A stretch of DNA of 64,000 bases from Candidatus Latescibacterota bacterium (GCA_965217585.1 OZ244561.1:6656001-6720000), one strand, 5' to 3'. Numbered from the stretch's first letter, positions 20,068-30,433 are shown. The notes: generated by a model not told the origin, from the sequence alone. Translations and numbers: made by a program.

Positions 20068-21165
20068 CTATCGCCGGAGGGTAAATTTGGAGTCGTGCTC
20101 ATATCGTTTCTTCGTTGTGCCAGGCCTAAAGGCATTCGTCTGACGATTCTTGATTTCCGTAGTTACGCTGGTACCCATATCATAGACATCGAAGTTAGTT
20201 AGACCAGTCCTAAGAGATTCTCTGAGACCATCAAGCAGATCGTCCTTGCCCAAGCTAGTACCACCAATCCGAACCACGATCACGGCATCCTCTTTCAGTA
20301 GGTCTGCGCACCCCGACCAACTCTCAGCCAGAAAGCGCCAATATTGTTCTGGGCTTCTATATCGATCATCTCTTGCCGCCTTGGCCGTAGGGCGTTCAGG
20401 GCCACCTAAGAACCACAATCTAAGCCACTGGTCCTCGGCATAATGGGTCGTGTTAAGATATGGTGGAGAAGTGACTATGAGGGAAACCGATCTGCGGAGT
20501 TTACGGAAGCTACGTGATGCCCTACGAGCATCACAACATCTCACCGAACCGCGTAGCTTCGGTAAGGAATGTCCCAGCCGGTAGGCCGCGACACGTTTTA
20601 ACACCTCAAATATGTCTCTTTCCGGTGCCGTATATCCGTTCTCTGTCCACCAACGCACGGAATAGTCTGGATTCGTACTGATCGTTCGCGGCATTCGATT
20701 ACTGATACAGTTTCGAGACTTGTGGGACTCTCCGTGAAGACAGCCAAGCAATACGGCAGCAATGAAGCGATCAACACGGGAGTGCGACCAATCGAGTTGC
20801 TCCCGCAGGAATAGCAGTTGTTGGAATGTCCGTGGGTGAAAACAAGCAGAAAAGAAATCGTCCCGTGGGGCCTCAAAATCACCCGCTTCCTTCTGTAGAC
20901 TTTCGAGTGATATAAGCCTTCTTCCTACCGAGGCTAGTATAGGCGGGTCTGCTTTAGCACCAGATATACACGCCGCGACTGGATTGATGTCTACTCCTGC
21001 TGCCGGACGTCCATTCAGAAGACTCTCGAACACAGTCGTTCCGCGGCCACTGAAAGGGTCGAAAACGGTGTCGCCTGGCTGCGTGTAGGCGTAAATCTGC
21101 TTAGCGACGAAATCCTCGGGGAACACGGCGAAGTATGGACATATAGAATGCAATGGGTGTCTCAT
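20068..21165 (-). CDS. DNA amino-methyltransferase (N4C/N6A)
   Basis: Motif I DPFSGRGTT, then GVDINP and catalytic TSPPY. Confidence 0.88.
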   Translation of the reverse strand: MRHPLHSICPYFAVFPEDFVAKQIYAYTQPGDTVFDPFSGRGTTVFESLLNGRPAAGVDINPVAACISGAKADPPILASVGRRLISLESLQKEAGDFEAPRDDFFSACFHPRTFQQLLFLREQLDWSHSRVDRFIAAVLLGCLHGESHKSRNCISNRMPRTISTNPDYSVRWWTENGYTAPERDIFEVLKRVAAYRLGHSLPKLRGSVRCCDARRASRSFRKLRRSVSLIVTSPPYLNTTHYAEDQWLRLWFLGGPERPTAKAARDDRYRSPEQYWRFLAESWSGCADLLKEDAVIVVRIGGTSLGKDDLLDGLRESLRTGLTNFDVYDMGTSVTTEIKNRQTNAFRPGTTKKRYEHDSKFTLRR

Positions 21166-21175
21166 GCCAACTCCG

Positions 21176-22231
21176 TCAACCTAGGATTTCACATGTATCA
21201 TTTACCCACGTCTCAACTTCGCTGAACTGGTCACGACCGTCAACCAAACGTGTTGTTTCATCATCCGTACGCAGACAGGTGTCGGCGAAATAGGCCACTC
21301 GGCAGCGGTCAAAGACGATACCATATCTCCTCTCTTCATAAAGAAATCTGTTCTTCAGCGTCTCGTCGAACGAGACATCTGGATCATCAGTCAAGTCCCG
21401 ATGCAGCGTGAAAGGAATGAACATCGATGGCACATAGTGGGTGGCGGGTAGCTCACTGAACCAACCATGAAACTGCTGAATATACTCAAGGACGGACTTT
21501 CCCTTCCAGTTACGTCCTGATGCGCATTGGCCGAGAAGGTAGATCTTCCCAGGCATGCGGTCGGGATGATGCTTCCATGCGATGACGTCAATTCCACCGT
21601 CCTTTGTCGAAGCCGGAAAACCTGACGGTATGGCCGTTTTAACTGTGCCAGCCCCGAACCTCCGGTATGTATCACGAAGTGCGGAAAGAAAATCTGTGCC
21701 TTCTAGACGTGGAAATCCGAATGAAGCTACATCTCCGGCGATATAGCCGCCCGCCGCAAGGCAAGCACAAATTTGAAACAAGTTGGGTATTCTGCACCGG
21801 ACAATCTTCGTCAAGTCGGGAGATTGAATCTTTTTCTCACGAATAGCGGATACGAGGAGACAGAAGACGTAAACAGTGCGTCCGGGAACAGAAGAAACAT
21901 CAGGCACTCGTTCGATTCGGAGATGGTCTGTATTAATGGAGAAAGGGTATGATTTGCCGAGAATTCGTTCTCTATACTGTAGTTCGTCAAATACGACGTC
22001 GACGAGTCTATCCCGTTGACTTTCGAGAATAGACTCATCGAGCTCTTCCCCTGTTTCTTCATCAATAGAAGATGAGTTTGCGGCAGTGTCTTCAAGGAAG
22101 TCTAGCAATCCGTAGAGGTCTCCTGATGTCCATGTCCCACGAGTGGATAGGAGAGCCTGTAGCTCCGCCCAATCAGCCTGGGTACTCCGGGTATCGTCCG
22201 TTCCTGGGGACAGGATAGACGCCGTCATCAT
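21176..22231 (-). CDS. Hypothetical protein with a restriction-endonuclease-like PD-(D/E)xK variant motif
   Basis: KDGGIDVIAW...LGQCASGRNW resembles the Mrr-like D-x-G-x-D...Q-C motif; start overlaps the upstream stop. Confidence 0.6.
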   Translation of the reverse strand: MMTASILSPGTDDTRSTQADWAELQALLSTRGTWTSGDLYGLLDFLEDTAANSSSIDEETGEELDESILESQRDRLVDVVFDELQYRERILGKSYPFSINTDHLRIERVPDVSSVPGRTVYVFCLLVSAIREKKIQSPDLTKIVRCRIPNLFQICACLAAGGYIAGDVASFGFPRLEGTDFLSALRDTYRRFGAGTVKTAIPSGFPASTKDGGIDVIAWKHHPDRMPGKIYLLGQCASGRNWKGKSVLEYIQQFHGWFSELPATHYVPSMFIPFTLHRDLTDDPDVSFDETLKNRFLYEERRYGIVFDRCRVAYFADTCLRTDDETTRLVDGRDQFSEVETWVNDTCEILG

Positions 22232-23304
22232 TGCTGGTCCTCCTCGCGCGATTTATCTCGCATAACGACGACCAGACTATGAGTTGTTCTGTCTATCCCT
22301 TCGGCCACACGTAGGAGCGTCGCGTCTCCATCGTAAGCTCCAGAAAGGGCCATCGCGTCCTCGCACTGCTTGGCCGCCTTCATCAGAGCATCTTCGAATC
22401 TCGAGGATGGGGGTTCGATACGCTCGAAGGCAACTTGCAAGTTGCGCTGGGCAATCAGCATCCGTCGCGCTTCGGGATTTCCGAGCACTTCACTAAGACG
22501 ATTCAAATCAGGATTCTGGCTCTGAATCAGAGTCGGCTCGTTCCGCTGTTCCTGACCATAGAGCCAGGACATCAGTGTCTGCAACTTTTCGCGATTCTCC
22601 GGGGCAATCGGGTTTTCCTTTGGCGGAGCCGGGAGATCCTCCGGGGTCAACCCTAGGAATTCCCTTACCGATGCACGGGTAAGTGCCGTGTACAGATGGG
22701 AAAATGCGAAGCGCTTCTTGGAACGACGTTCTCTTTCGAAACCATCTTCGGTAGCTTGCTTCAAGGCATACCAGCCATTGACGATTCGGCGGACAGTATT
22801 GTGGTTGTCGCCGAGCGTACGGCTGATCGTCTCGACGGCCCCACCCTCTTCAAACCACTCCGCCGCGAATTTTGCCTTAGCAAGCGCATCCCATTTGAAT
22901 GGGCCGTTGATGTGCTTGAAACCAACAAAGGCTCGGGCGTCTTTCCTGTCTTTGACCCACTTTACGCGAATCTCGTCGGGAAGCGGCTTCGGCTCCGAAA
23001 CGTCAGGGAGGGTAACTTTCAACCTTCGCCTGAGGTTTTCATCACTCAGCAAACGCAATGCTGCTAGTCGTCGATTTCCTTCGAGAACAACATTCTTATT
23101 GCGCAACACAACTACGGGCTCGAAGTCGACGTATCCTGTGGATCGAATCGACTGCAAGAGCTCGTCGACATCTACTTGATCTACCAAGTATTCCACGACC
23201 TCATCCTCCGTCGCAAATCCGCTGTCGAGAAATCGAGGATTCTTCATGTCGAACTTAAGCTCTGACGGTGCGATAAATTCGATGTCGCTCTCATTCCTAG
23301 GCAT
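22228..23304 (-). CDS. ParB/Sulfiredoxin-like N-terminal domain protein
   Basis: DMKNPRF and VLEGNRRLAAL motifs followed by an HTH-like segment. Start set at the ATG preceded by AAGGAG. Confidence 0.75.
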   Translation of the reverse strand: MPRNESDIEFIAPSELKFDMKNPRFLDSGFATEDEVVEYLVDQVDVDELLQSIRSTGYVDFEPVVVLRNKNVVLEGNRRLAALRLLSDENLRRRLKVTLPDVSEPKPLPDEIRVKWVKDRKDARAFVGFKHINGPFKWDALAKAKFAAEWFEEGGAVETISRTLGDNHNTVRRIVNGWYALKQATEDGFERERRSKKRFAFSHLYTALTRASVREFLGLTPEDLPAPPKENPIAPENREKLQTLMSWLYGQEQRNEPTLIQSQNPDLNRLSEVLGNPEARRMLIAQRNLQVAFERIEPPSSRFEDALMKAAKQCEDAMALSGAYDGDATLLRVAEGIDRTTHSLVVVMRDKSREEDQQ

Positions 23305-23544
23305 ATCTTCACTCCTTAAGGTTGATCCTATCTCTCCGAATAGCCCACCCTGCTCATCCAGCACCTTCTGCCGCTACCAACCGGGGGATTTCGGGCCAGT
23401 TCTGCACTAGGCCGTTGTAAGAGAGGGCTTAGGCGGCGCTTGACTCGATCTTGTTGTGTAGCTGGCTTCGATAAACTTATTCAGCGTTTGTGCGTCGTTC
23501 AAACCTCCATATCCTTGGGACCAAGATGTCCCGCCCTCATCTCC

Positions 23545-24675
23545 CTACACCAACTCGCCCAAGACCGCCAAAAACCGCTCCGCATCGTCGCTATTGTTGT
23601 ACAAATGCCCCGAAACCCGCACCCGCCCGTATTCCCCCCATACCAACACCCCCCGATCGGCAAGGACCTCGCACAGCCGATGCGCGTCGTCGTCCGCAAA
23701 GCAGGTATTGCCCGAGCGCTGCGGCCGCGCACTCGGCGAAATGACCTGTCGCCCGAGACGCGCCAGCCCGGCGCTGATTTGTTCGGACAAGTCGCGGTTG
23801 TGCTCTTCTATCCGCTCAATCCCCACATCCAACAGCCGCCCCAAGGCGTAGTCGAGGTAGAGCACCGCCACCATGGCCGGATTGCCCGGCTCCATTTTAT
23901 CGGGCATCGGCTTTTCGTCGGCGTCCGGTGCGCGCACAGCCCCTTGCGCCGGCCACACCGCCAAGTTGCGCCAGCCAAAGGCCGTGGAGCGCACTTGCGC
24001 CTCGGCCCGTTGGCTCAGATAACACGGCGCAACCCCGTGGGTCGCCAACAGCCATTTGTAGCACGAACTGACGCACAAGTCGGTACACGCCGCCGGTACG
24101 GCGACCGCACCCGCGGCATGGGTTGCATCAACCGCCAAGAGCGCGTCGCGCCCGGCAAGTCCGGCCGCAAGCTGTTCGACATCTAGATTTTGCCCCGTGT
24201 AGAAGCTGACTTGACTCACGGCTAAAACCTGAGTGCGCTCATCGACGGCCGCCAACAGATCTTCCTCCCGCACCAACCAGTCGCGGTGCGGCACCAGCCG
24301 CAGTTCGACCCCTTGCTGGCGCACATTGCGCCAATTGTACGCCACCGAGGGAAATTCCAAGTTGGTAGTGACCACGTTGTCGCCCGGCCGCCAGTCCAAA
24401 CCCCGCGCCAACCAAGCCATGCCCTCGGCGGCCGAGGGCACAAAGGCGATCCGCTCGGCCGGAACGCCCCATAGCTGCCCCATGCGCTGGCGGCAGCGGT
24501 CGCCGCGGGCGTAGATGGCGCGCCGGCCGCGGTCGCCGCTGCTTTTTTGCTGCGCGAATTCCGCGTACACCGCGCTCTGCCCTTTTAGCCAAGGAGCTTC
24601 GCCCCCCGTACAGAGATGAGTCACCGCGTCGAGCCCGACGAAATCCGCGGGCGGAATGAGGCTTTCGCTTTTCAT
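23545..24675 (-). CDS. Class V PLP-dependent aminotransferase (cysteine desulfurase-like)
   Basis: LEFPS, VDATH, CYKWLL and RVSGHLYN motifs. Confidence 0.88.
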   Translation of the reverse strand: MKSESLIPPADFVGLDAVTHLCTGGEAPWLKGQSAVYAEFAQQKSSGDRGRRAIYARGDRCRQRMGQLWGVPAERIAFVPSAAEGMAWLARGLDWRPGDNVVTTNLEFPSVAYNWRNVRQQGVELRLVPHRDWLVREEDLLAAVDERTQVLAVSQVSFYTGQNLDVEQLAAGLAGRDALLAVDATHAAGAVAVPAACTDLCVSSCYKWLLATHGVAPCYLSQRAEAQVRSTAFGWRNLAVWPAQGAVRAPDADEKPMPDKMEPGNPAMVAVLYLDYALGRLLDVGIERIEEHNRDLSEQISAGLARLGRQVISPSARPQRSGNTCFADDDAHRLCEVLADRGVLVWGEYGRVRVSGHLYNNSDDAERFLAVLGELV

Positions 24676-24683
24676 AGTATGTC

Positions 24684-26687
24684 CTATTCGCTGGCTACAA
24701 TTCGTATGGCTTCTTCGCGCGCGCTTTGCAGTAAGTCCCCGTCGGCGAGCAAATTCGCCGCCTTAAATGTGGGCATCCCGGCCTGGCGTACGCCGAAGAA
24801 CTCGCCGGGGCCGCGCAGTTGTAAATCCTTTTCCGCGATCTCAAATCCGTCTTGGGTGCGCTCCATGGTCTGGAGCCGCTCGCGCGAATCCGCCAACTCG
24901 GCCCCGGCGTGGGCATAGCTGATGAGGATGCAAAACGACTGCTCGCCACCGCGCCCCACGCGACCGCGCAACTGGTGCAATTGTGCCAAGCCGAAGCGCT
25001 CGGCGTGTTCGATAATCATCACCGTGGCATTGGGCACATCCACGCCGACCTCGACGACCGTGGTGCAGACCAAGACTTGGACCCGGTTCTGCTTAAAATC
25101 CTCCATGACCGCGGTCTTTTCTTCGGCTGCCATGCGCCCGTGCAGCAAGGCTACCGCGAATTCGGCCAATGGGCCGTGGCGCAGCTCGTCGTAGGCTTCG
25201 ACCGCGGATTTGTAATCCGCCTTTTCCGACTCTTCGATCAGCGGATAGACCACGTACACTTGCCGCCCCTGGCGCACCTGATCACCGGCAAACTCGAAGA
25301 TCGCCTCGCGGCGCTCGCTGCCGCGCAGGGCCGTGCGGACCGGCTTGCGCCCCGGGGGCAGTTCGTCGATGACCGACACGTCCAGCTCGCCGTACAGGGT
25401 CAGGGCCAAGGTGCGCGGGATGGGCGTAGCCGTCATCACGAGCAAATCGGGTTTCGCGCCCTTCTTGTAGAGCGCGCCGCGCTGCACGACCCCAAAGCGA
25501 TGCTGCTCGTCAATGACCGCCAGCCCTAAACGAGCAAATTGCACTTGCTCCTGTATCAGCGCGTGGGTGCCCACCGCAATGTGGGCCGCGCCGCTTTCAA
25601 TGGCCGTCAACAGCTCCTGCCGGAGGGCCTTGCGCTGGCCGCCCTTGAGGAAGATCACAGTCAGGCCGAGAGGCTCGACGAGTGCTTGGATGTTGAAAAA
25701 ATGCTGCTCGGCGAGGATCTCGGTCGGGGCCATCATCGCCGCTTGGTAGCCGTTCTCCACGGCCATCAGTATCGCGCTCAAGCCGACCAAGGTCTTGCCC
25801 GAGCCCACGTCGCCTTGGACGAGGCGATTCATAACTTGGGGGCGCTGCATCTGCGCGGCGATCTCAGCGACGACCCGGCGCTGGGCGCGCGTCGGGTCAA
25901 ACGGTAGGGAATCCCACAGAGCCGACACCAGTTTTTCGCTGGGCGCAAAGGCAATGCCGTCGGCCTGCTCGCGGTTTTTTTTGCGCCGCTGCGCCAAGCG
26001 CAGTTGGAAGTCAAAAAGCTCGCCAAAAGCCAAGCGCTGGCGTGCGCGTTCCGCTTCTGCGAGGCTAGCGGGAAAATGCACTTGGCGCAGACTAGCGCCT
26101 AACTCTGCAAGACCCAAGCGCTGCCGCAAGGCTGCGGGCAGATCGTCTTCGATCTGCCCGGCAAAGGCGTCCAGCGCCCCGCTTACCAAGCGGCGGAACC
26201 CCCGGCTGCGCAGGCCGCGCTCCTTCAGGTCGGCACTGGTCGTATAGAGCGGGACGACGACGCCCGTGTGGAGCCGCTCCTCCCCGAGTATGAATTCGTA
26301 CTCGGGATGGACCATCTGTCGCCGCCCCTGGAAGAGATCGACCTTGCCGCTTATGGCCAGCTCATCGCCGACGGCAAAGTTGCGCTGCAAGTAGCGCCCC
26401 CCCTGAAAAAAGGTACAGGTGATATCGTCGGTCGCGTCGGCGACCACCATCACGAAGCGGGGCCGCGGCCCGGGCATGAAGCGCGTCTGGCGCACTTGGC
26501 CGATGAGGGTCACCTCTTGGCCGATTGGTGCCCGGGCCATGGGCAAAATCTGCGTGCGATCGAGGTAGCGGCGCGGCAGATAGTACAACAAATCGCCCAG
26601 CGTCAGAATCTCTACATCTTTGAGCGCGGACGCGCGTTTGGCCCCTACGCCTTTGACTTTTTCAATGGGAATGGACAGAATTTCCAT
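24684..26687 (-). CDS. recG: ATP-dependent DNA helicase RecG
   Basis: QGDVGSGKT, DEQHRFG, TATPIPRT and QLRGRVGRG motifs. Confidence 0.97.
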   Translation of the reverse strand: MEILSIPIEKVKGVGAKRASALKDVEILTLGDLLYYLPRRYLDRTQILPMARAPIGQEVTLIGQVRQTRFMPGPRPRFVMVVADATDDITCTFFQGGRYLQRNFAVGDELAISGKVDLFQGRRQMVHPEYEFILGEERLHTGVVVPLYTTSADLKERGLRSRGFRRLVSGALDAFAGQIEDDLPAALRQRLGLAELGASLRQVHFPASLAEAERARQRLAFGELFDFQLRLAQRRKKNREQADGIAFAPSEKLVSALWDSLPFDPTRAQRRVVAEIAAQMQRPQVMNRLVQGDVGSGKTLVGLSAILMAVENGYQAAMMAPTEILAEQHFFNIQALVEPLGLTVIFLKGGQRKALRQELLTAIESGAAHIAVGTHALIQEQVQFARLGLAVIDEQHRFGVVQRGALYKKGAKPDLLVMTATPIPRTLALTLYGELDVSVIDELPPGRKPVRTALRGSERREAIFEFAGDQVRQGRQVYVVYPLIEESEKADYKSAVEAYDELRHGPLAEFAVALLHGRMAAEEKTAVMEDFKQNRVQVLVCTTVVEVGVDVPNATVMIIEHAERFGLAQLHQLRGRVGRGGEQSFCILISYAHAGAELADSRERLQTMERTQDGFEIAEKDLQLRGPGEFFGVRQAGMPTFKAANLLADGDLLQSAREEAIRIVASE

Positions 26688-26743
26688 GGTTGGCTATGCG
26701 TTGACGCACCTGGGCTGCAGCCTATCTTTGACCGCATATTGCC

Positions 26744-27217
26744 ATGCCCAAGTCTACTGCTTTTGCCCACTATCTAATGGGGCACGCGCCGTTTAAACGC
26801 GCGCCGTTCTTCTACGCCTATGTCGGGATGTGGCTCCACCTGCTCATTGGCACGGGGATCTTAGCACTATCTACTCCAAGCGACTGGCTGTCGATCTTCG
26901 CGGTGCTGGTCGTCGGCTCGTTATGCGTGGGGCTCGTGCTCTACGGCCTGCTGACGGAGACGTACCGCCTGTTGATCAACATCGGCGCGTATGCTGCTAG
27001 CATAGCCCGCGCATTCTCGACCGATGCCGTGGTCCTCACCTGTTTCATCGCGGGCCTCATCGCCGCCCTCGTTTCCGGCTATAGTATCTTGGTGGCTGAG
27101 TACGGCCGCTATCAGCACGAAGTCCACCGCCAGCCTGCGCCGCTCCCTGCGTCTGCGGCCCTCCTGCTAGGCGCTGCCATCGTCATCCTCTGCGTCTATG
27201 GCCTCTTAGCAAACTAG
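26744..27217 (+). CDS. Hypothetical membrane protein
   Basis: 157 aa with 4-5 hydrophobic segments; TTGACG...TATCTT promoter-like sequence upstream. Confidence 0.65.
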   Translation: MPKSTAFAHYLMGHAPFKRAPFFYAYVGMWLHLLIGTGILALSTPSDWLSIFAVLVVGSLCVGLVLYGLLTETYRLLINIGAYAASIARAFSTDAVVLTCFIAGLIAALVSGYSILVAEYGRYQHEVHRQPAPLPASAALLLGAAIVILCVYGLLAN

Positions 27218-28320
27218 CGGATCTTGAGCGTCGCCAAGCCGCACAGCGCCAAGATGCCGGCCACGATCCAGAAGCGAATGACGATCTTCGTGTCAGCCAA
27301 GCCGCGCTGTTGGAAGTGGTGGTGAATCGGCGAGCGGGTGAAAAAGCGCCGCCCCAGCCACCGGATGCCGATCTTTTCCTGGATTACCACCGACAGGGTC
27401 TCGCCGACGAAGATCCCCCCGACGATTAGGAAGAGGAACTCCTGTTTGACCAAGACGGCGACCGTGCCCAACAAGCCGCCTAGCGCCATGGACCCGGTAT
27501 CGCCCATGATGACGTTGGCCGGATAGGAATTGAACCACAAAAAGCCAAGGCAGGCCCCAAAGACGATGGAGCAGATCACCGCGACTTCCCCCACGCCTGG
27601 CATAAAGGGAAAGATGAGGAACTCCGAGATCTCGGCGTGGCTGGACACATAGGCGAACACACCAAAGACAGCCACGACAAAAGAAGTCGGCACAATGGCC
27701 AAGCCGTCGATCCCGTCGGCGAGATTGACCGAGTTGGAGATGGCCGTCACCGTGAAGGCGATAAAAGGCACATAGCCCCACGAAAGGTCGAGGACCGGAT
27801 TTTTGAAAAAGGGCAAATAGAGCTGGGTCGCCAAGCCAGCCGACTCCGCTGGGAGGGCTTGGGTGACGTACGCGGTGCCAAACGCCATCCCAAAGGCTAC
27901 TTGCAGCGCCAACTTGGCCTTCTCGGACAGCCCGCGATCGCTAGAGCGATAGCGCACCTTGAGGAAGTCGTCGATCCAGCCGAGCGCGGCAAACCAGACA
28001 ATCGCCCCCACGCAGAACAGGACGAAGAGGCTGTGCAGCTTGCACCACAGGCCGATGCTGATCAAGATCGCGGCGACGATTAGACCGCCGCCGTAGGTTT
28101 TGGCTTGGTTGCTGGCGGCTTCAAAGTTGAGATAGTCGCGAGGCATGTCGCGATGCCCCCGACCGTAGAAGTAGAGGATGGCCCGTCCGCCGCAGAGAAT
28201 GGTGAGGATCAGCGAGGTGATCGCGCCGCAGAGCGCGCGAAAGCTGATCGAATCGACCAAGCGCAAAAACGACAGAGCCTCGGCTGCCTCTTGCAGGTAG
28301 ATTCCGAGGTAGTAGATCAT
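27214..28320 (-). CDS. mraY: Phospho-N-acetylmuramoyl-pentapeptide transferase MraY
   Basis: GWIDDFLK, NLADGIDGL, MGDTGS and PIHHHF motifs. Start at MIYYLG overlaps the murG stop (ATGA). Confidence 0.92.
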   Translation of the reverse strand: MIYYLGIYLQEAAEALSFLRLVDSISFRALCGAITSLILTILCGGRAILYFYGRGHRDMPRDYLNFEAASNQAKTYGGGLIVAAILISIGLWCKLHSLFVLFCVGAIVWFAALGWIDDFLKVRYRSSDRGLSEKAKLALQVAFGMAFGTAYVTQALPAESAGLATQLYLPFFKNPVLDLSWGYVPFIAFTVTAISNSVNLADGIDGLAIVPTSFVVAVFGVFAYVSSHAEISEFLIFPFMPGVGEVAVICSIVFGACLGFLWFNSYPANVIMGDTGSMALGGLLGTVAVLVKQEFLFLIVGGIFVGETLSVVIQEKIGIRWLGRRFFTRSPIHHHFQQRGLADTKIVIRFWIVAGILALCGLATLKIR

Positions 28321-30329
28321 CGCTGCGAAGCCACCAGGGGCCGGCTGGCGCGCACGAGATCGGCTAATTCGCGCAGGTGTGTGCCGAGGGGAAACTCCGG
28401 CTTGAAATAAGGCATCGAGATCAAGACTTGATCGAGATCGCGCTCCAATTGCGCCGGCTCCAAGACGCCGCGCTGCAAAAATTCGATCAGCACCAGCACG
28501 ACCTGCTCGCGGATCTGCCAATTCCGGTGCAAGTAGAAGCGGCGCAGCCGCGCTAGCAGGTCGGGATTGTGGCTTATTTTTCTGAGGGCACCCAGGGCTT
28601 GGACGACCACTTCCGGTGCGCTATCGTCGAGTGCCGAGAAGAGCGTGCTTTCAATCGCGTCATCGACTGCAAACAACTCGCCGAGGGCCCGCGCCGACCA
28701 CGCCCGCACCTCGAAGTAGGGATCCGCGGCCAGTGCGTTCAGCAGCGCGGCCCGGGTTTGCGCGTCGGTCTCCCCCAAGCCGCGCAGGCCGTGTTCGACG
28801 ACATTGCGGCGCACAATGCCCCCGTGGCGGAAGTCGCCACCGCAAAAACGGCGCGCCCACCCAGTTGGGGTGCGGTCGGTGAGGATGTGCAGCAACAAGG
28901 GCAGCCGCTTTTGGTAGTTTAAGACTGCAACGAGCTTGACGCCCACATTGCGCCGCCCCAGCGGGATTTCGCACCAACCCTCGGACGTGAGCAGACGATC
29001 GGCTTGAAAGCGCAGATAGGCGAGCTCGTTGCGCTCCATCGCCTCTACACCCCCTACCTCCTTGACCCGCGCTTGTACCCAGCGCAACAGGGCATTGGGG
29101 GCGTTCGGCAAGCGGCCTTTGGCCGGGAGTAACTCCAAGCTCAGCGCCGGTGGGTTCTGCCCGGCGATGAGGCCGTCCAGTTCGGCTGTGATGAGTTCGA
29201 GGCTGTTGGCCTTGGGCAGGGTCTTGGCGGCCTCACCCATAGCCTGCAAGCGCTCTTCGTCGGCGCACAACGCGAGCACCTGCTGCGCCAATTTTTTGCC
29301 GTCCAGTCCGCTGTGGATGCTGGCGTTGTCCCAAAACGCCTCCTGATAGAGCACCTGAGCGGCCCCGATCCGCTCCATCTCCCGAGCATTCAGCACCTGA
29401 TGGTCTTCGGCTGCTGTGGGCAGCGGCACAATCAGCGTGGGCGTCCCGCTAACCGCCATCTCAGTCAGGGTACCCGCGCCCGACCGACAAATGACCAGAT
29501 CGGCTGCCGCAATCAGATCGGCGATCTGATCCGCGTAATCGAGGCGGCGGTACCAGTCGGACTCGTCCTTCATCCCCATCGCGGCCAAGGCAGCCTCGGT
29601 CTCAGCCACAGCGTCGTAATCCGGCCCCTTGTAGCGACCGGTGACGTGGATGACCACCAGCCCGGCCGCTTGCCATTGGGACAAGGCTTCGAGTACGGCC
29701 TCGTTGATGGCCTTGGCACCGCCCGACCCGCCAAAGGCCAGAACGACCTTGCGACCTTGGGCAATGCCCAACTTTTCCCGCGCAGCCAGCCGGTCGAGAT
29801 GCAAAAAAGAACGGCGCACCGGATAGCCAACCACGGCCACCCGCTTCACGTCGAACCAGCGGCCCGCCTGCTCAAACGCTACACCAATTCGCTGTGCCAG
29901 CCGCCCGGCAACTTGGTTCAAAAGTCCGGGATGGGCATTCGGCTCGTAGAGAAAAACGCGAGCGCGGGAAAGGCCGACCTTAGCCAACGCTCCATGCGCG
30001 AAGAGGATCGGCGCGCTGACGTAGCCACCCGTGCCGATGATCAGTTGAGGCCGGTAGCGCAAGAGGATGAGACCACCCTGGACGACCCCCACCAAGAGCG
30101 TGCAGGCGAATCGCAACAGGGCCACAAGGGAGCGCGTGCGGGGGAAAGGGCTGGCGCGGACAAAGCGGATGGGGTACCCCTGCTCGGGCACGACCCAAGC
30201 ATCCAGCTTGTCTCGATGACCCACGTAGAGGAATTCGGCGTCTGCCCGCGTCTGCCGAATTTCGTTGGCAATGGCCAAGGCCGGGTACACGTGACCACCC
30301 GTGCCGCCGCCGGTGAGCAAGTACTTCAT
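28317..30329 (-). CDS. murG: MurG glycosyltransferase fused to a C-terminal HEAT-repeat-like domain
   Basis: GGGTGGH, GTGGYVS, FGGSGGA, RSGAGT and DHQ..NA motifs, then about 280 extra aa with DPYFEVRAWSARALG and DDSAPEVVVQALGAL. Confidence 0.88.
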   Translation of the reverse strand: MKYLLTGGGTGGHVYPALAIANEIRQTRADAEFLYVGHRDKLDAWVVPEQGYPIRFVRASPFPRTRSLVALLRFACTLLVGVVQGGLILLRYRPQLIIGTGGYVSAPILFAHGALAKVGLSRARVFLYEPNAHPGLLNQVAGRLAQRIGVAFEQAGRWFDVKRVAVVGYPVRRSFLHLDRLAAREKLGIAQGRKVVLAFGGSGGAKAINEAVLEALSQWQAAGLVVIHVTGRYKGPDYDAVAETEAALAAMGMKDESDWYRRLDYADQIADLIAAADLVICRSGAGTLTEMAVSGTPTLIVPLPTAAEDHQVLNAREMERIGAAQVLYQEAFWDNASIHSGLDGKKLAQQVLALCADEERLQAMGEAAKTLPKANSLELITAELDGLIAGQNPPALSLELLPAKGRLPNAPNALLRWVQARVKEVGGVEAMERNELAYLRFQADRLLTSEGWCEIPLGRRNVGVKLVAVLNYQKRLPLLLHILTDRTPTGWARRFCGGDFRHGGIVRRNVVEHGLRGLGETDAQTRAALLNALAADPYFEVRAWSARALGELFAVDDAIESTLFSALDDSAPEVVVQALGALRKISHNPDLLARLRRFYLHRNWQIREQVVLVLIEFLQRGVLEPAQLERDLDQVLISMPYFKPEFPLGTHLRELADLVRASRPLVASQR

Positions 30330-30404
30330 TAATTTTTTAGAAGTAAGGTTGTTTAGACTAGTAGAAGCGATCCCCGCCTGTACTCCAGAGGGGCCTATGT
30401 CCCT

Positions 30405-30433
30405 AATATAGAAGGTGTTAGTCTGGGTGTCTA
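30405..30433 (-). promoter_or_regulatory. Sigma70-like promoter for murG-mraY
   Basis: TAGACA-17 nt-TATATT on the minus strand. Confidence 0.5.
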
